Program-made: the position numbers and the translations under genes | NCBI GenBank assembly: GCA_963785635.1 | Contig: CAWAWB010000021.1 | Location: forward strand, 41,002 to 105,001 | DNA from: an uncultured Phycisphaerales bacterium | GTDB taxonomy: Bacteria > Planctomycetota > Phycisphaerae > SM23-33 > FEN-1343 | DNA length: 64,000 bases | Direction: 5' to 3' | In this document: positions 19,418 to 29,435 of the stretch, one piece after another | Position numbering within the stretch: the stretch's first letter is position 1 | How the letters are laid out: the number at the start of each line of letters is the position of its first letter | Notes under the pieces: generated by a model | Seen by the model: the letters and a program-made list of their open reading frames with translations, nothing else | What the model was told of the DNA's origin: nothing | The model's database searches: none

Positions 19418-20458
19418 CTACAAAACGTCCACAATGCGGCCGCTCTTCGCCGATTCATAGCAGGCCGTCAATATCTTCTGGCTGCGCAGGCCGATGACCG
19501 CGTCGATGGGACTCGGCTTGCCGTCCAGGATAGCCTGGCTGAAGGCCTCGATCTCCGCGCGGTACATGTTGACCGGCTTGGGCTTGATGGCCATCCCCGC
19601 CGCGGCGGCGCGTGCCTGCTGGGCATCATAGATGGCGTTCGGATCGGAGAGGTAGGCCGTCATCTTGCCCGCCTTGCCCTGGCCGATCGTGCCGGTGGCC
19701 AGGATGCTGCCGCCGGAGCCGTACAGCTCCAGCGAATTCTTGCTGGCCACATCGGGGATGCAGAAGAAGGTATCGACCGTGGCCATAGCGCCATTGCCGA
19801 AAAACAGCGTGGCCGTCGCGGCGTCTTCCGTCTGGTAGTTGTGTACCGCGTGATTGATGAAACAGGAGACCTTGACCACATCGCCGAAGAACATTTCCAG
19901 CAGGTCGATGCAGTGGCCGCCCATATCCATCAGGCTGCCGCCGCCGCCCTGGGACTGGATCTGCCGCCAGCTTCCCGCAATGGGCGGGTACCAGCACGAC
20001 AACTGTGCGCGGCCGTACACGGGCTTGCCCAGCTTGCCCTGGCGGATGATTTCCAATGCCGCCTGATGTTGCGACTGGAAGCGCATCATAAAGGCGCATC
20101 CCAGTTGCACGCCCTGCTTGGCCGCCGCGGCGACCATTTCTTCGGCCTGGCGATTATCCATGCCCAGCGGCTTTTCGCACAGAACGTGCTTGCCGGCTTT
20201 AATGGCGGCCATCACCTGCTCATAGTGCAGGAAGGCGGGCGTGGCGATGTAAACCGCCTGCACATCCTTGGTGAGCAGTTCCTCGGGGCTCGCCGCCGCG
20301 CGGACTTTAAATTCCTCGGCCAGCGCGCGGTTGGCATCGGCGGCCACGTCAAAAATGACTTTGAGCTTGGCATTGGAGGCCTTTTTAAGGCCCTCAGGAA
20401 TGGTTCTTCTCTTGGCGATGCCGCACGAACCCCAGACGCCCCATTTAACTTTAGCCAT
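19418..20458 (-). CDS. Gfo/Idh/MocA-family oxidoreductase
   Basis: GVWGSCGIA, AVYIATP, GKHVLCEKP, GGGSLMDMGGHCID. Confidence 0.92.
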   Translation of the reverse strand: MAKVKWGVWGSCGIAKRRTIPEGLKKASNAKLKVIFDVAADANRALAEEFKVRAAASPEELLTKDVQAVYIATPAFLHYEQVMAAIKAGKHVLCEKPLGMDNRQAEEMVAAAAKQGVQLGCAFMMRFQSQHQAALEIIRQGKLGKPVYGRAQLSCWYPPIAGSWRQIQSQGGGGSLMDMGGHCIDLLEMFFGDVVKVSCFINHAVHNYQTEDAATATLFFGNGAMATVDTFFCIPDVASKNSLELYGSGGSILATGTIGQGKAGKMTAYLSDPNAIYDAQQARAAAAGMAIKPKPVNMYRAEIEAFSQAILDGKPSPIDAVIGLRSQKILTACYESAKSGRIVDVL

Positions 20459-20737
20459 GTCTTTCTCCAGTCTTGGCAGTTTTAAATTGCAAATTGATCG
20501 AACGAACAAATTCACGCCAACCACAATCTGCCGGCTTCTTCAATTGGCAATTTGCAATGATCTCACATGGTCCGCCAAGGGCCTTGGGTTGTCAAGTCCG
20601 CGCGGCGCGGCTGTAGCCAAAACAAGCGGCTGTCGGCGAGGAGGTTTCCAAGGGCGCTATCATTTCTTGACGAGCGTGAGTGCGGCGCCCGCAGGCGCCG
20701 CGACAGAGGGTCAGGGGAAAAAGGGGGATCACGCGCC

Positions 20738-22176
20738 ATGGAAACCACAAGAAATGGCAAACAAGCCATTTCGAACTTGCACCGTAAGGGAAGGATAAGC
20801 AACTTTGCTACAAGCACGGCGGGGGGACTGGCTATCGTGCTGGTCTGCGCGGCAGCGATTCGCATGCCATGCTATTGTATTTCTTCCGCTGAGCCATCGC
20901 GGCATATTGTGGATGACTCCAAATCCTATCTCGCTTTAAGCAGCGAGTTGCTTGCCGGCCATAGCTTTGGCAGGCCTTTGGTCGTCTACGACGATCAACC
21001 GCCGGTGTGGCGATACGAGCTCCTGCGCACGCCGGTGTACCCCCTGATGCTCGCCGGGGTGCAGTTGCTGACGGGGAATGCGCTCTGGCCCGTGCTCGCA
21101 ATACAGAACCTGCTTGGCGTAGCGCTGTGCGCCGCGCTGTACCTTGCCGGCAGGCGCGATCGCAGGTCCGCGCGGCGGTCTTTTTCTGGGCCTGTTTGCC
21201 GCTATCGACCCGCAGGCGGTAGGGCTGGCCAACAAGATATTGACCGATTTTCCGTTTTCCGTAATGGTCTTTGCCGGGTTGATCATGGCCGCGCGGCTGG
21301 TGGATCGCCCCTCGCTGTCGCTGGCGGTGCTGCTGGGAGCGCTGCTGGGGCTGGCCGCGTGGCTACGGCCGCAGGGAATTGCCCTGCCCTTGGCGCTGGG
21401 GGTTGGGCTGCTGGCGGCGGGCTTGAAGCGGCACAGCCGTTCACTGGCCCTGGCGGGGGCCACAGTGGCCTTCGTGGGCATGGCCGTAACGGGAATGTGG
21501 GCCGTGCGCAATGGGGTCGTCGGCGGCAACTACATCCTTTCCTCCGTGACTCGCTACAACTATGTCCGCAATTTCGGCAGCCACACGCTGGAAAACGCCG
21601 AGGGCCTTCAGGACGAAGTTGCCTGCGACCGGCTGTGCGCAAATGGGCCTTAGCCTGCACGAGATCTTGTATCGACGGCTCAGTTCGGAGGAAAATGCGC
21701 GCCTGCATGCCACCGTGAATAAGACTATCGCCGAACATTTCGGGGCCTTCCTGCGGATCTCGGCGAAGGACATGCTCAACGTGTGGGCGGGCCCGGATAA
21801 GGAGATTCTGGGCGCACTGGGGCTGCCGCACATCAGTTTTGGAATACTGCGGGAGGTGCGCCAGGATCGGCCGGGAATGATCGCGTCATGGCTCGTGATC
21901 GCCACTTCGATGATCTGGCTACTGGTCATTTATGCCACAATGGCCCGCACGCTATACCAGCGCCTGCGGGGCAGGCCTTTGCCGGCAATCGCCTACCTGG
22001 GGCTTTTGGCGGGTCTGTACATCCTGGCCACGGCCTCTGGGCCCATGGGCGATCCGCGGCTGAGAGCGCCGGCCATGGCGCCGTTGATGCTCTTTGGCGC
22101 CGCTTGTCTGGACAGGCGCCAAGCGGCGCAGAAAGTTGTGGAGCTTCATCCTGCGAGCGCCGTCGTCGCGGCCTGA
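20738..22176 (+). CDS. Multi-TM GT-C/ArnT-like membrane protein, split by two frameshifts
   Basis: DSKSY, RTPVYP, ILTD, LRP, W.VRN, PRLR motifs over three frames. Confidence 0.6.
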
Positions 22177-22186
22177 CTGCGATTCA

Positions 22187-22885
22187 TCAGGGAGCGAAGC
22201 GAAGCAGGCAAAAGCGGGCAAGATCATCATACACCGCCACGGTGGGCGCTACGCAGGAAAGCTCCGGCTGGGGGAGCTGGCGCGAATAATCGTAGCGGCA
22301 GAAATTGGCCCGCCAGGCGGCGCCCGCCCGTGGCCAGACTTTCACCTCTGCGGCCAGCGCATCGAAGGGAATGGCAAATTGAGCGGTCCAGCCGGTGTCG
22401 CGATGTTCTCGGTCGTTAAGCCTCCCATCCACATGGACGGAGGTAAAAAGTCCGCGGCAGTTCCACTTTGACCAGCGCTGCCAATCGCCGCTTTGGGCGC
22501 TGTCGGCGACGAAGGAATCGTAGATCGTGCCCAACGGGTTCAGTTGAAACTCAAAAAAGCTCCTGCCCGCCCCCTCAGGGTCCAGAAAGACCTCGCATAC
22601 CGGCTCTTCCCACAGATCCTCATCCCGCCGTGTTTTGCTCGCCCAGACATCGGGGCAGGTGCACTGGAAGCGGACATATAAGAACTGATCATCCCACAGG
22701 CACCTCAACTCCGTGGGAAACTGCGGGTCCATCAGGGGCTCAAGTTCAGTCTTTCTGAGCTTGTGAAATGCGGTAGTGCTTTTGGCCTTCTGCCAGGCGG
22801 GGTCCAAAACGGCCCCATCCATTGCCGGCTTTGTGTGGGTTTTCAAACACACAATTTCCAGCAATGGATGGATCCTATTGTCCAT
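22187..22885 (-). CDS. Carbohydrate-binding family 9-like (DOMON) protein
   Basis: WDDQFLYV, EVFLDP, EFQLNPLG, GWTAQFAIPF, WRANFCR. Confidence 0.8.
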   Translation of the reverse strand: MDNRIHPLLEIVCLKTHTKPAMDGAVLDPAWQKAKSTTAFHKLRKTELEPLMDPQFPTELRCLWDDQFLYVRFQCTCPDVWASKTRRDEDLWEEPVCEVFLDPEGAGRSFFEFQLNPLGTIYDSFVADSAQSGDWQRWSKWNCRGLFTSVHVDGRLNDREHRDTGWTAQFAIPFDALAAEVKVWPRAGAAWRANFCRYDYSRQLPQPELSCVAPTVAVYDDLARFCLLRFAP

Positions 22886-23521
22886 GATAGCGCACTGTGA
22901 CGAGTGCGCCTGATTTTTTCAATTTTTTTCAGTTCTTTTCCGGTTATTCCTCCAAACTGGTAGCCACAAAAATGACCTGTCCACTACCGGCACATCACGC
23001 TCCTAAGAACGTGATCTCGGCAACAGACAGGTCAATATTCATCCTAGCGCCTATTGGGCAACCGCCCCGGTCTTTTAAAAAAACTTTCAGGCAACCGTCG
23101 CGCGTCCGAAGTCTGCCAGGAAGGATGCCAGGTCAAGAAGCGCAACAAGAAGCGCAATTGAAAGCAGTTGCGCTTCTTGTCAAGCCTTGATTTTGCAAAG
23201 AGTTAACTACAAGGAGCGCAAGAAGCGAAGGAGCGCACACATCATGTTTGCGCGGCGGCCTGGGTAAATTGGTTAAGCTGGGTAATTTCTTGCGGGCGAT
23301 CTGGAGATGCAACAATCAGCTCGTTTGAACTGGAGAAAGCCAGAGCAGTTTTTTTTGGGGGGGTGACAAAAAACTGACTCATCCATTACTGATGTCGTGC
23401 ACCTTTCGGCGCTCGCACATCTCAGTAATGGATGAGTCTGTACTTATTATAGGTGGCACAGGCATTCCTGCCTGTGTCGTTCATCTTTTTTTTCACAGGC
23501 TGAAAGCCTGTGCCGCCAAGT

Positions 23522-24886
23522 TTACCTGGAAAGTTTCCTGGCCGTGCCGATGATGCCGGCCACCGTATCCTTAAGCTGCTGCTCGGTCAGCCGCGGGTGC
23601 ATGGGCAGGTTCATTTCGCTGGCATAGAAGAACTCTTCGGCATTGGGGCAGTCGCCCGTGACGCCGAACTTCTTGAAGCCTTTGAAATGGTACGTGGGCT
23701 GATAGTGCAGGATGCCCTGTACGCCGAAGTCGCGGTACAGCGTCCGCAGGAACTCGTCGCGGTGGAAGACCTTGGGGTCCACCGTCAGCGTGTACAGATG
23801 GTACACGTGCTTGTAGCCCTGGGGCTCGTACACGCCGTGGACGCCCTTGACGCCCTTGATGCCTTCGTTGATATAGCGGCCGTTGCGCTGGCGCTTTTCC
23901 GTGAGCATGTCCAGCTTCTTGAGCTGGCTCGCGGCCGACGGCCGCCTGGATCTCGTTCATGCGGTAATTGTTGCCCCAGTGGCCGTTGACGTCCTCGACG
24001 TCGAAGTGCGAAGGAATCCAGTAATCCTGGTACTTGCCTTCGATGAGCTTCTTCAGGGTGTACTTGCCGTAGGTCCACTCGCGCTGGTCGCCTTCCCAGT
24101 GCGACAGGTTCATGCAGCGCAGCACCTCGATGGGCTTGACCCACTCTTCGTGATTGGTGGTGATCATGCCGCCTTCGCAAGGTGGTCATGTTCTTTAGAG
24201 AGTGGAAGCTGAACACGCCGACGTCGCCGATCGAGCCGGCCTTGCGACCCTTGTATTCGGCGCCGGGGGTGTGGGCGCAATCTTCTAGGACATACAGGTT
24301 GTGCTTGCGGGCGATCTCCATGATCGGGTCCATGTCGCACATGAGGCCGCCGTAGTGTACGACGTAGATGGCCTTGGTCTTGCTGGTGACCTTGCGGGCG
24401 ATGTCGGCGGGGTCGATGTTGAAGGTGCGTTTGTCGATGTCCGCGTACACCGGCATCACCTTTTCCTTCATGAGCACCAGCGAGGTGGCGACGAAGGTGT
24501 TGGGCGTGACGATCACTTCATCGCCCTGTTTGAGATTAAAAAGCTGCGTACACAGGTGCATGCCGACCGTGCAGTTGGAGACTGCAAAGGCGTGCTTGAC
24601 GCCGTGGGCCTTGGCGAACTCCTGCTGGAAGGCCGTCACCTGCGGGCCCATCGTCAGCGAGTCCTGCTTCATGGCGCGCCAGCGCCGCTTTCTGCTCGGC
24701 CTCATCGTAAATGGAGCCCATGAACGAATAGGGGACCTTCAGCACGACGCCGTCATTGGAGGCGTAACTGGAGGTGATTCCGCCCTCGCTCTCGCTGCCG
24801 GTTACGCCGGCCTGGGCCTCGCCCAAGCCACGGACCTGTGCCTTGCCCTTCGCTTTCGCTTTCGTCTTGACCGTCTGCTTTGCCAT
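23522..24886 (-). CDS. DegT/DnrJ/EryC1/StrS PLP aminotransferase, split by several frameshifts
   Basis: GDEVIVTPNTFVAT, EDCAH, FSFHSLKNMTT, NYRMNEIQAAVG, HVYHLY, LPMHP. Confidence 0.88.
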
Positions 24887-24913
24887 GTTCTTCGCTCCGT
24901 TAATTTTGTTTGG

Positions 24914-25220
24914 GTGGCACAGGCATTCTTGCCTGTGTCCCCTGATACCAGCAACCCAAACTACTTGGGTGGAACAGGCATTCTTGCCTGTGTCCCTTGC
25001 TGCACAATGTAGCGGCTATCGCTGGAAATTTCGAGTCCCTTTTGTTGGCACAGGCGTGCGGCAGGATCTTTCCAAATGCCCACAGGCTGGAAAGCCTGTG
25101 CCACCACAACCAAAGGACACAGGCTGGAAAGCCTGTGCCACCACAACCAAGGGCACAGGCTGGAAAGCCTGTGCCACCACAACCAAAGGACACAGGCTGG
25201 AAAGCCTGTGCCACCACAAC
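24914..25220. repeat. REP-like palindromes: GGCACAGGCATTCTTGCCTGTG copies and four tandem CACAGGCTGGAAAGCCTGTGCCACCACAAC units (period 36-37 bp)
   Basis: Units start at 25081, 25118, 25154, 25191; related pair at 23455-23515. Confidence 0.85.
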
Positions 25221-25306
25221 GGTAGGGGTGGGATTCGAACCCACGGAACCCTTACGGGCTCACCGGTTTTCAAGACCGGCTCCTTCGGCCGCTCGGACAC
25301 CCTACC
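25220..25306 (-). tRNA. tRNA-Ser (anticodon TGA), long variable arm, CCA not encoded
   Basis: Reverse complement GGTAGGGTGTCCGAGCGGCCGAAGGAGCCGGTCTTGAAAACCGG...GGTTCGAATCCCACCCCTACCG. Confidence 0.96.
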
Positions 25307-25678
25307 AGAGGCCGCAAGCGCAGATTCTCTAGTTTTCTTAACCCTTTTGCCAACGTTTTTCGCCGCGCGAACTTGCCGCGCGGCGGAGGCCTTCGCTCAA
25401 ACTGCCACGCGTGCAGACCCATCTATCACCCGGATGATGAAAACAAAATCCCCGCTGACCTTGCAGCAGCCGGCATTACCGATTGGTCAGGCAGGCACAT
25501 TATTCAAGAAGGATGAGGATTCTGGAGGTTGAACCGTTCATCCCGCCACATTTTTCAGTGCCACCAGCAGATTCTTGCCCCCAATGCATCTATAAGAGCA
25601 TTTATGTCAATATGTTATGTTCACAAACCTATCGAGCTCTTGTTTTGCAAAAAACAGAGGCGCAGGCAAAAAAGTAGA

Positions 25679-25707
25679 TTGACAAGATTTCGAGGCTGGC
25701 TTAGAAT
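25679..25707 (+). promoter_or_regulatory. Sigma70 promoter of PEP-CTERM gene 1
   Basis: TTGACA-17-TAGAAT. Confidence 0.7.
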
Positions 25708-25744
25708 CTGTTTTGTTAAACCTGAGTTGAATTTGGGTTTAGCT

Positions 25745-26067
25745 TTGTACCGGCCCCATTTGTTTGGGCCAGGCCTTGTCGTGCTAGGCCAAGCCTCTGC
25801 GATTGTGCGTTTGGTTTGAGCCCCAAATGCACTTTTTGAGTTCGCGGTGTTCCGCTAAACACTGCGAAGATTGGCGGTGCTCCGCTAAGCATCGTCGCCG
25901 TAAATGGAGGGCCTTCCTTATTTCGCCCTTCATATCTGTGCAGTTTCTGTTTCAGGTCTTTGTGTCTCAGTCATTTAAGCAGTTCCGAACGTAGGCTTGA
26001 GGAATGAGCGTTCCCATGGTCCTACGTGAGGCGTAGCCTAGACACCTTTATCGAAAAGGAGAGGGTA
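25745..26067 (+). ncRNA. Structured 5' leader, copy 1 (candidate cis-regulatory RNA)
   Basis: Chain of hairpins, closely duplicated at 27011-27323. Confidence 0.55.
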
Positions 26068-26784
26068 ATGAAGAAGATTGCAGTAATTCTCATGGTTTGC
26101 CTGGCGCTTGTTGGCGTCGCGCAGGCTCAGCGTATTCTTATCGATGTCGGCCTGACCCCCAGCGCCGGCAACTGGAACAATTTCTCCTCAGCGCCCAGTT
26201 GGGGCATCAACGGCGGTGACGTATATCAGTCAGAAGCGACCTCCGTGATCAGTTCTACCGGCGCCGTGGTTCCCGGCGCGGCCATTGGCGTGATGAACAT
26301 GGACGATTGCCGCGCCGATTCGGGCACGACCGGCCTGGGCATCACCTACAACGGGATCACCTATCCTGATACCGCCACCGGCGATATCGCCCAGAACGTG
26401 GACTCGGTGAGCGGCACCGGCGCCGGCCCGGCTGGCTATGCGACCAAGGTCATCATTTCTGGCCTTTCCGCTGGCAACTACAATGTCACCCTGTACTGCG
26501 GCCGCACCAGCGGCACCCGCACGGGCTGGTTCGCCATCAATGGCGGCGCCGCGCAGTTGATTGATGCCGTGGCGCAGAACAACACCACAGAGACATTCGC
26601 CAATTGTGCCACTGCCAACCTGGATGGCCTGTCCAATGCGATCGAAGTGCAGTTCTGGGGCGACAGCGCTTCGGGCGGCTATGCCGACCTGAACGTTGTG
26701 GACCTGGCCCCGGCTCCCGAGCCGGCCACGATGGGCCTGCTGGCCATCGGCGCCCTGATGGCGCTGAAGCGTCGCCGTGCGTAA
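26068..26784 (+). CDS. PEP-CTERM surface protein, paralog 1
   Basis: AAGGAG RBS, signal peptide MKKIAVIL...AQA, C-terminal APEPATMGLLAIGALMALKRRRA. Confidence 0.9.
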   Translation: MKKIAVILMVCLALVGVAQAQRILIDVGLTPSAGNWNNFSSAPSWGINGGDVYQSEATSVISSTGAVVPGAAIGVMNMDDCRADSGTTGLGITYNGITYPDTATGDIAQNVDSVSGTGAGPAGYATKVIISGLSAGNYNVTLYCGRTSGTRTGWFAINGGAAQLIDAVAQNNTTETFANCATANLDGLSNAIEVQFWGDSASGGYADLNVVDLAPAPEPATMGLLAIGALMALKRRRA

Positions 26785-26812
26785 TTTCCGTTAGTTGATT
26801 TGATTTGTAACT

Positions 26813-26856
26813 AAAGCGGCACCTGTGACTTAGGTCATGGGTGCCGCTTTGTTTTC
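26813..26856 (+). terminator. Rho-independent terminator (near-identical copy at 28139-28180)
   Basis: aaagcggcacctgtgacttaggtcatgggtgccgctttgtttt. Confidence 0.8.
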
Positions 26857-26948
26857 TTAGTAGTTTGGCCCTGAAATGCCCCTCAGATCTGTCGACTGAT
26901 TTACCGAATAATCTAAAGAGATATGCCGTGCAATTACAGTTTTTTGCA

Positions 26949-26977
26949 TTGACAGAATTTTGATGTTGGCATATGCT
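26949..26977 (+). promoter_or_regulatory. Sigma70 promoter of PEP-CTERM gene 2
   Basis: TTGACA-17-TATGCT. Confidence 0.65.
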
Positions 26978-27010
26978 GACATCTCAGGTGATCGAATCTG
27001 GATCACTTGA

Positions 27011-27323
27011 TTGTACCGGCCCTATTTGTTTGGGCCAAGGCCTTGTCGTGCTAGGCCAAGCCTCTGCGGTTGTGCGTTTGGTTGAGCCCCAGATGCACTT
27101 TTTGAGTTCGCGGTGTTCCGCTAAATACTGCGAAAAATGGCGGTGCCCGCTAAGCGCCGTCGCCGTAAATGGAGGGCCTTCCTTATTCCGCCCTTCATGT
27201 TCCGTGGTTTTGTTCCAGGTCCTTGTGTCCCAGTAGTTGGAGCAGTTCCGAACGTAGGCTTTGAGCATTTCCATGGCCTCACATGAGGCGAGCCTAGACA
27301 CCTTTATGGAAAAGGAGAGGGTA
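27011..27323 (+). ncRNA. Structured 5' leader, copy 2
   Basis: Duplicate of 25745-26067 with stem-compatible changes. Confidence 0.55.
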
Positions 27324-28100
27324 ATGAAGAAGATCGCAGTAATTCTCATGGCTTGCTTGGCGCTGGTTGCGACCGCCCAGGCAGAGCGTTATCTGATTGA
27401 TGTGGGCGATTCCACGACCCCCACCGCCGGCAATTGGAACAATTTCACCGTTGCAACCGGGAGTTCCGGCTGGGGCGCGACTGGCGACAACAAGTTCGTC
27501 CAGGAAGCCGCCAACATGGTGGACAGCACCGGCGTGGTTCACAATGGCGTGAGCTTCGGTATTTCCAATATCGATGACATTCGCGCCAGCGGCGGCTCGG
27601 CCGCCACCTGGACGGTCGCCGGGATTACCTATCCCGCCACGGCCGCGAGCGATTTCGTGCAGACGACTCAGATCGGCGATGCCACCGGTCCGTTCGTCAA
27701 TGGCGGCGAAAATGGCACGTACAACGAGCACATCATCATCTCCGGCCTGACCAGCGCGGCTTACAATGTCACGCTCTTGGGCGGCCGCGACGGGCAGACC
27801 CCCGGCTCACGTCTGGGTTATTTCCGCATCATCGGCGCTGGCACCAGCGCCATTGTTGCCAACGACGCAGCCGTCCCCGGTCTGGTGAACTTTGCTGCCC
27901 AGGTTCCGGGCACCGTTTCGATCACCGGCCCCGGTGGCACGCTGACCTTCAACAACGCCCTGATGGTTGACTTCTGGGGCGACAGCGTTGCCGGCACCAC
28001 CGACCTGAACGTGGTGGACCTGAACGCCACTCCCGAGCCGGCCACGATGGGCCTGCTGGCGATCGGCGCTCTGATGGCGCTGAAGCGTCGTCGTGCGTAA
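27324..28100 (+). CDS. PEP-CTERM surface protein, paralog 2
   Basis: Signal peptide and TPEPATMGLLAIGALMALKRRRA. Confidence 0.9.
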   Translation: MKKIAVILMACLALVATAQAERYLIDVGDSTTPTAGNWNNFTVATGSSGWGATGDNKFVQEAANMVDSTGVVHNGVSFGISNIDDIRASGGSAATWTVAGITYPATAASDFVQTTQIGDATGPFVNGGENGTYNEHIIISGLTSAAYNVTLLGGRDGQTPGSRLGYFRIIGAGTSAIVANDAAVPGLVNFAAQVPGTVSITGPGGTLTFNNALMVDFWGDSVAGTTDLNVVDLNATPEPATMGLLAIGALMALKRRRA

Positions 28101-28138
28101 TTTCCGGTCTTTCGTTCCGTAGCACTTGATTGGTAACT

Positions 28139-28180
28139 AAAGCGGCACCTGTGACTTAGGTCATGGGTGCCGCTTTGTTT
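28139..28180 (+). terminator. Rho-independent terminator
   Basis: Same hairpin as after paralog 1. Confidence 0.8.
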
Positions 28181-28282
28181 GAATCTGGACTTACCCCGCC
28201 GGCGCTCCTGCCAGAGCTGCCCCCAAGATTTCCAGACCACAACCAAAGTCCTCAATTTTATTCTGCTCCTCCAGAACCCGCA

Positions 28283-28311
28283 TTGACAGATTCTCAAATC
28301 TGAATTAATAT
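28283..28311 (+). promoter_or_regulatory. Sigma70 promoter of PEP-CTERM gene 3
   Basis: TTGACA-17-TAATAT. Confidence 0.6.
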
Positions 28312-28464
28312 GCAGGCGCTCGCGGTAATCTATTTGCTCAGTAAACGGAGGTCTTTCCAGGGCCCTTGAAGCAGGGGCCGACTCTGGCAACCGTACGCGC
28401 GGCTCATTTACCATTTGTCGCATCGGCTGCGCGCTGCTTTGCAGGCTCGTCAAAGGAGGTAGGT

Positions 28465-29241
28465 ATGAAAACGCTCGCGGCCATCCTCGTGCTATGCTTG
28501 GCGATAAGCGCTGCCGCGCAGGCGGATCGCATTCTTATTGATGTAGGCAGCCCGCTCAGCGGCACAATAGGCAACTGGAACAATTTCGCGATTAAGCCTG
28601 TGTACGGCGGTGGCGGGCCGGCGGATGATGGCGGCGACAAGTATCTTGCGGAAAAGATCGCCGGCGCCATGATCGACGGTGTCACGGGAGCAATTCTGCC
28701 CGGCGTTTCATTTGGCGTCTCCAATCTGGATGATGTGCGGCCAGATGGGGGCGTGGACCTTCCCATCAGCAATGCCGGCCTCACCTATCCTGACTCCGCC
28801 ACCAACGACATCGCCCAGTGCATGGACAACGACCCCTTCTTTGGCGATTCCGGCGGCGCGGCCGTCGAGAGCAAGGTTATTATCTCGGGGCTTTCCAGCG
28901 ACAGCTACGACGTCAGTCTGCTGTGTGCCCGCTACAACGGCAGCCGCGCGGGCTGGTTTTCCATCAATGGAAGCCCTGCCCAGCTCATCGATGCCGTCGC
29001 ACACAATTCCAGCGTCGTGACCTTCACCGACATCGTGCCCCAGGACACGACCATCGGCGGCGTGAGCCTGCCCAGGTCTATCGTGGTGGCTTTCTGGGGT
29101 AACCTCGCTCAAGGCGGCGACACGTGCGGCTATGCGGATTTGAACGTGGTCGACCTTATTGGCAATTCGCACGCCCCCGAGCCGATGACCGCCGGCCTGC
29201 TCGTTGCCGGGGCTCTCATGGTTCTCAAACGCCGCCGCTAA
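28465..29241 (+). CDS. PEP-CTERM surface protein, paralog 3
   Basis: AAGGAGGT RBS, signal peptide, APEPMTAGLLVAGALMVLKRRR. Confidence 0.9.
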   Translation: MKTLAAILVLCLAISAAAQADRILIDVGSPLSGTIGNWNNFAIKPVYGGGGPADDGGDKYLAEKIAGAMIDGVTGAILPGVSFGVSNLDDVRPDGGVDLPISNAGLTYPDSATNDIAQCMDNDPFFGDSGGAAVESKVIISGLSSDSYDVSLLCARYNGSRAGWFSINGSPAQLIDAVAHNSSVVTFTDIVPQDTTIGGVSLPRSIVVAFWGNLAQGGDTCGYADLNVVDLIGNSHAPEPMTAGLLVAGALMVLKRRR

Positions 29242-29435
29242 GAAAAATAGCAGGCATGCAGGGGATGCAGGGGATGGGAAAGAATTTTAGCTCTCTAGCT
29301 GTTTAGTCTTTTGGGAACAGCCCCGAAGACGGTGCAGGTCGCAGAGCCCAAAATAGTCAGTTCTTTTTGCTTTGCTTTTTTTCTTTATCCCCTGTATCCC
29401 CTGCATCCCTGCTGACTTCTTTTGTTAGTAAAAAT

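Noticed and set aside
25081-25220. Possible CRISPR array
   Set aside because: The intervals are only 6-7 nt and nearly identical, there are no unique spacers or cas genes, and the unit belongs to a dispersed REP family.
25220-25270. tRNA-Ser as an integration site for a genomic island
   Set aside because: No duplicate of the tRNA 3' end and no integrase were seen in the window.
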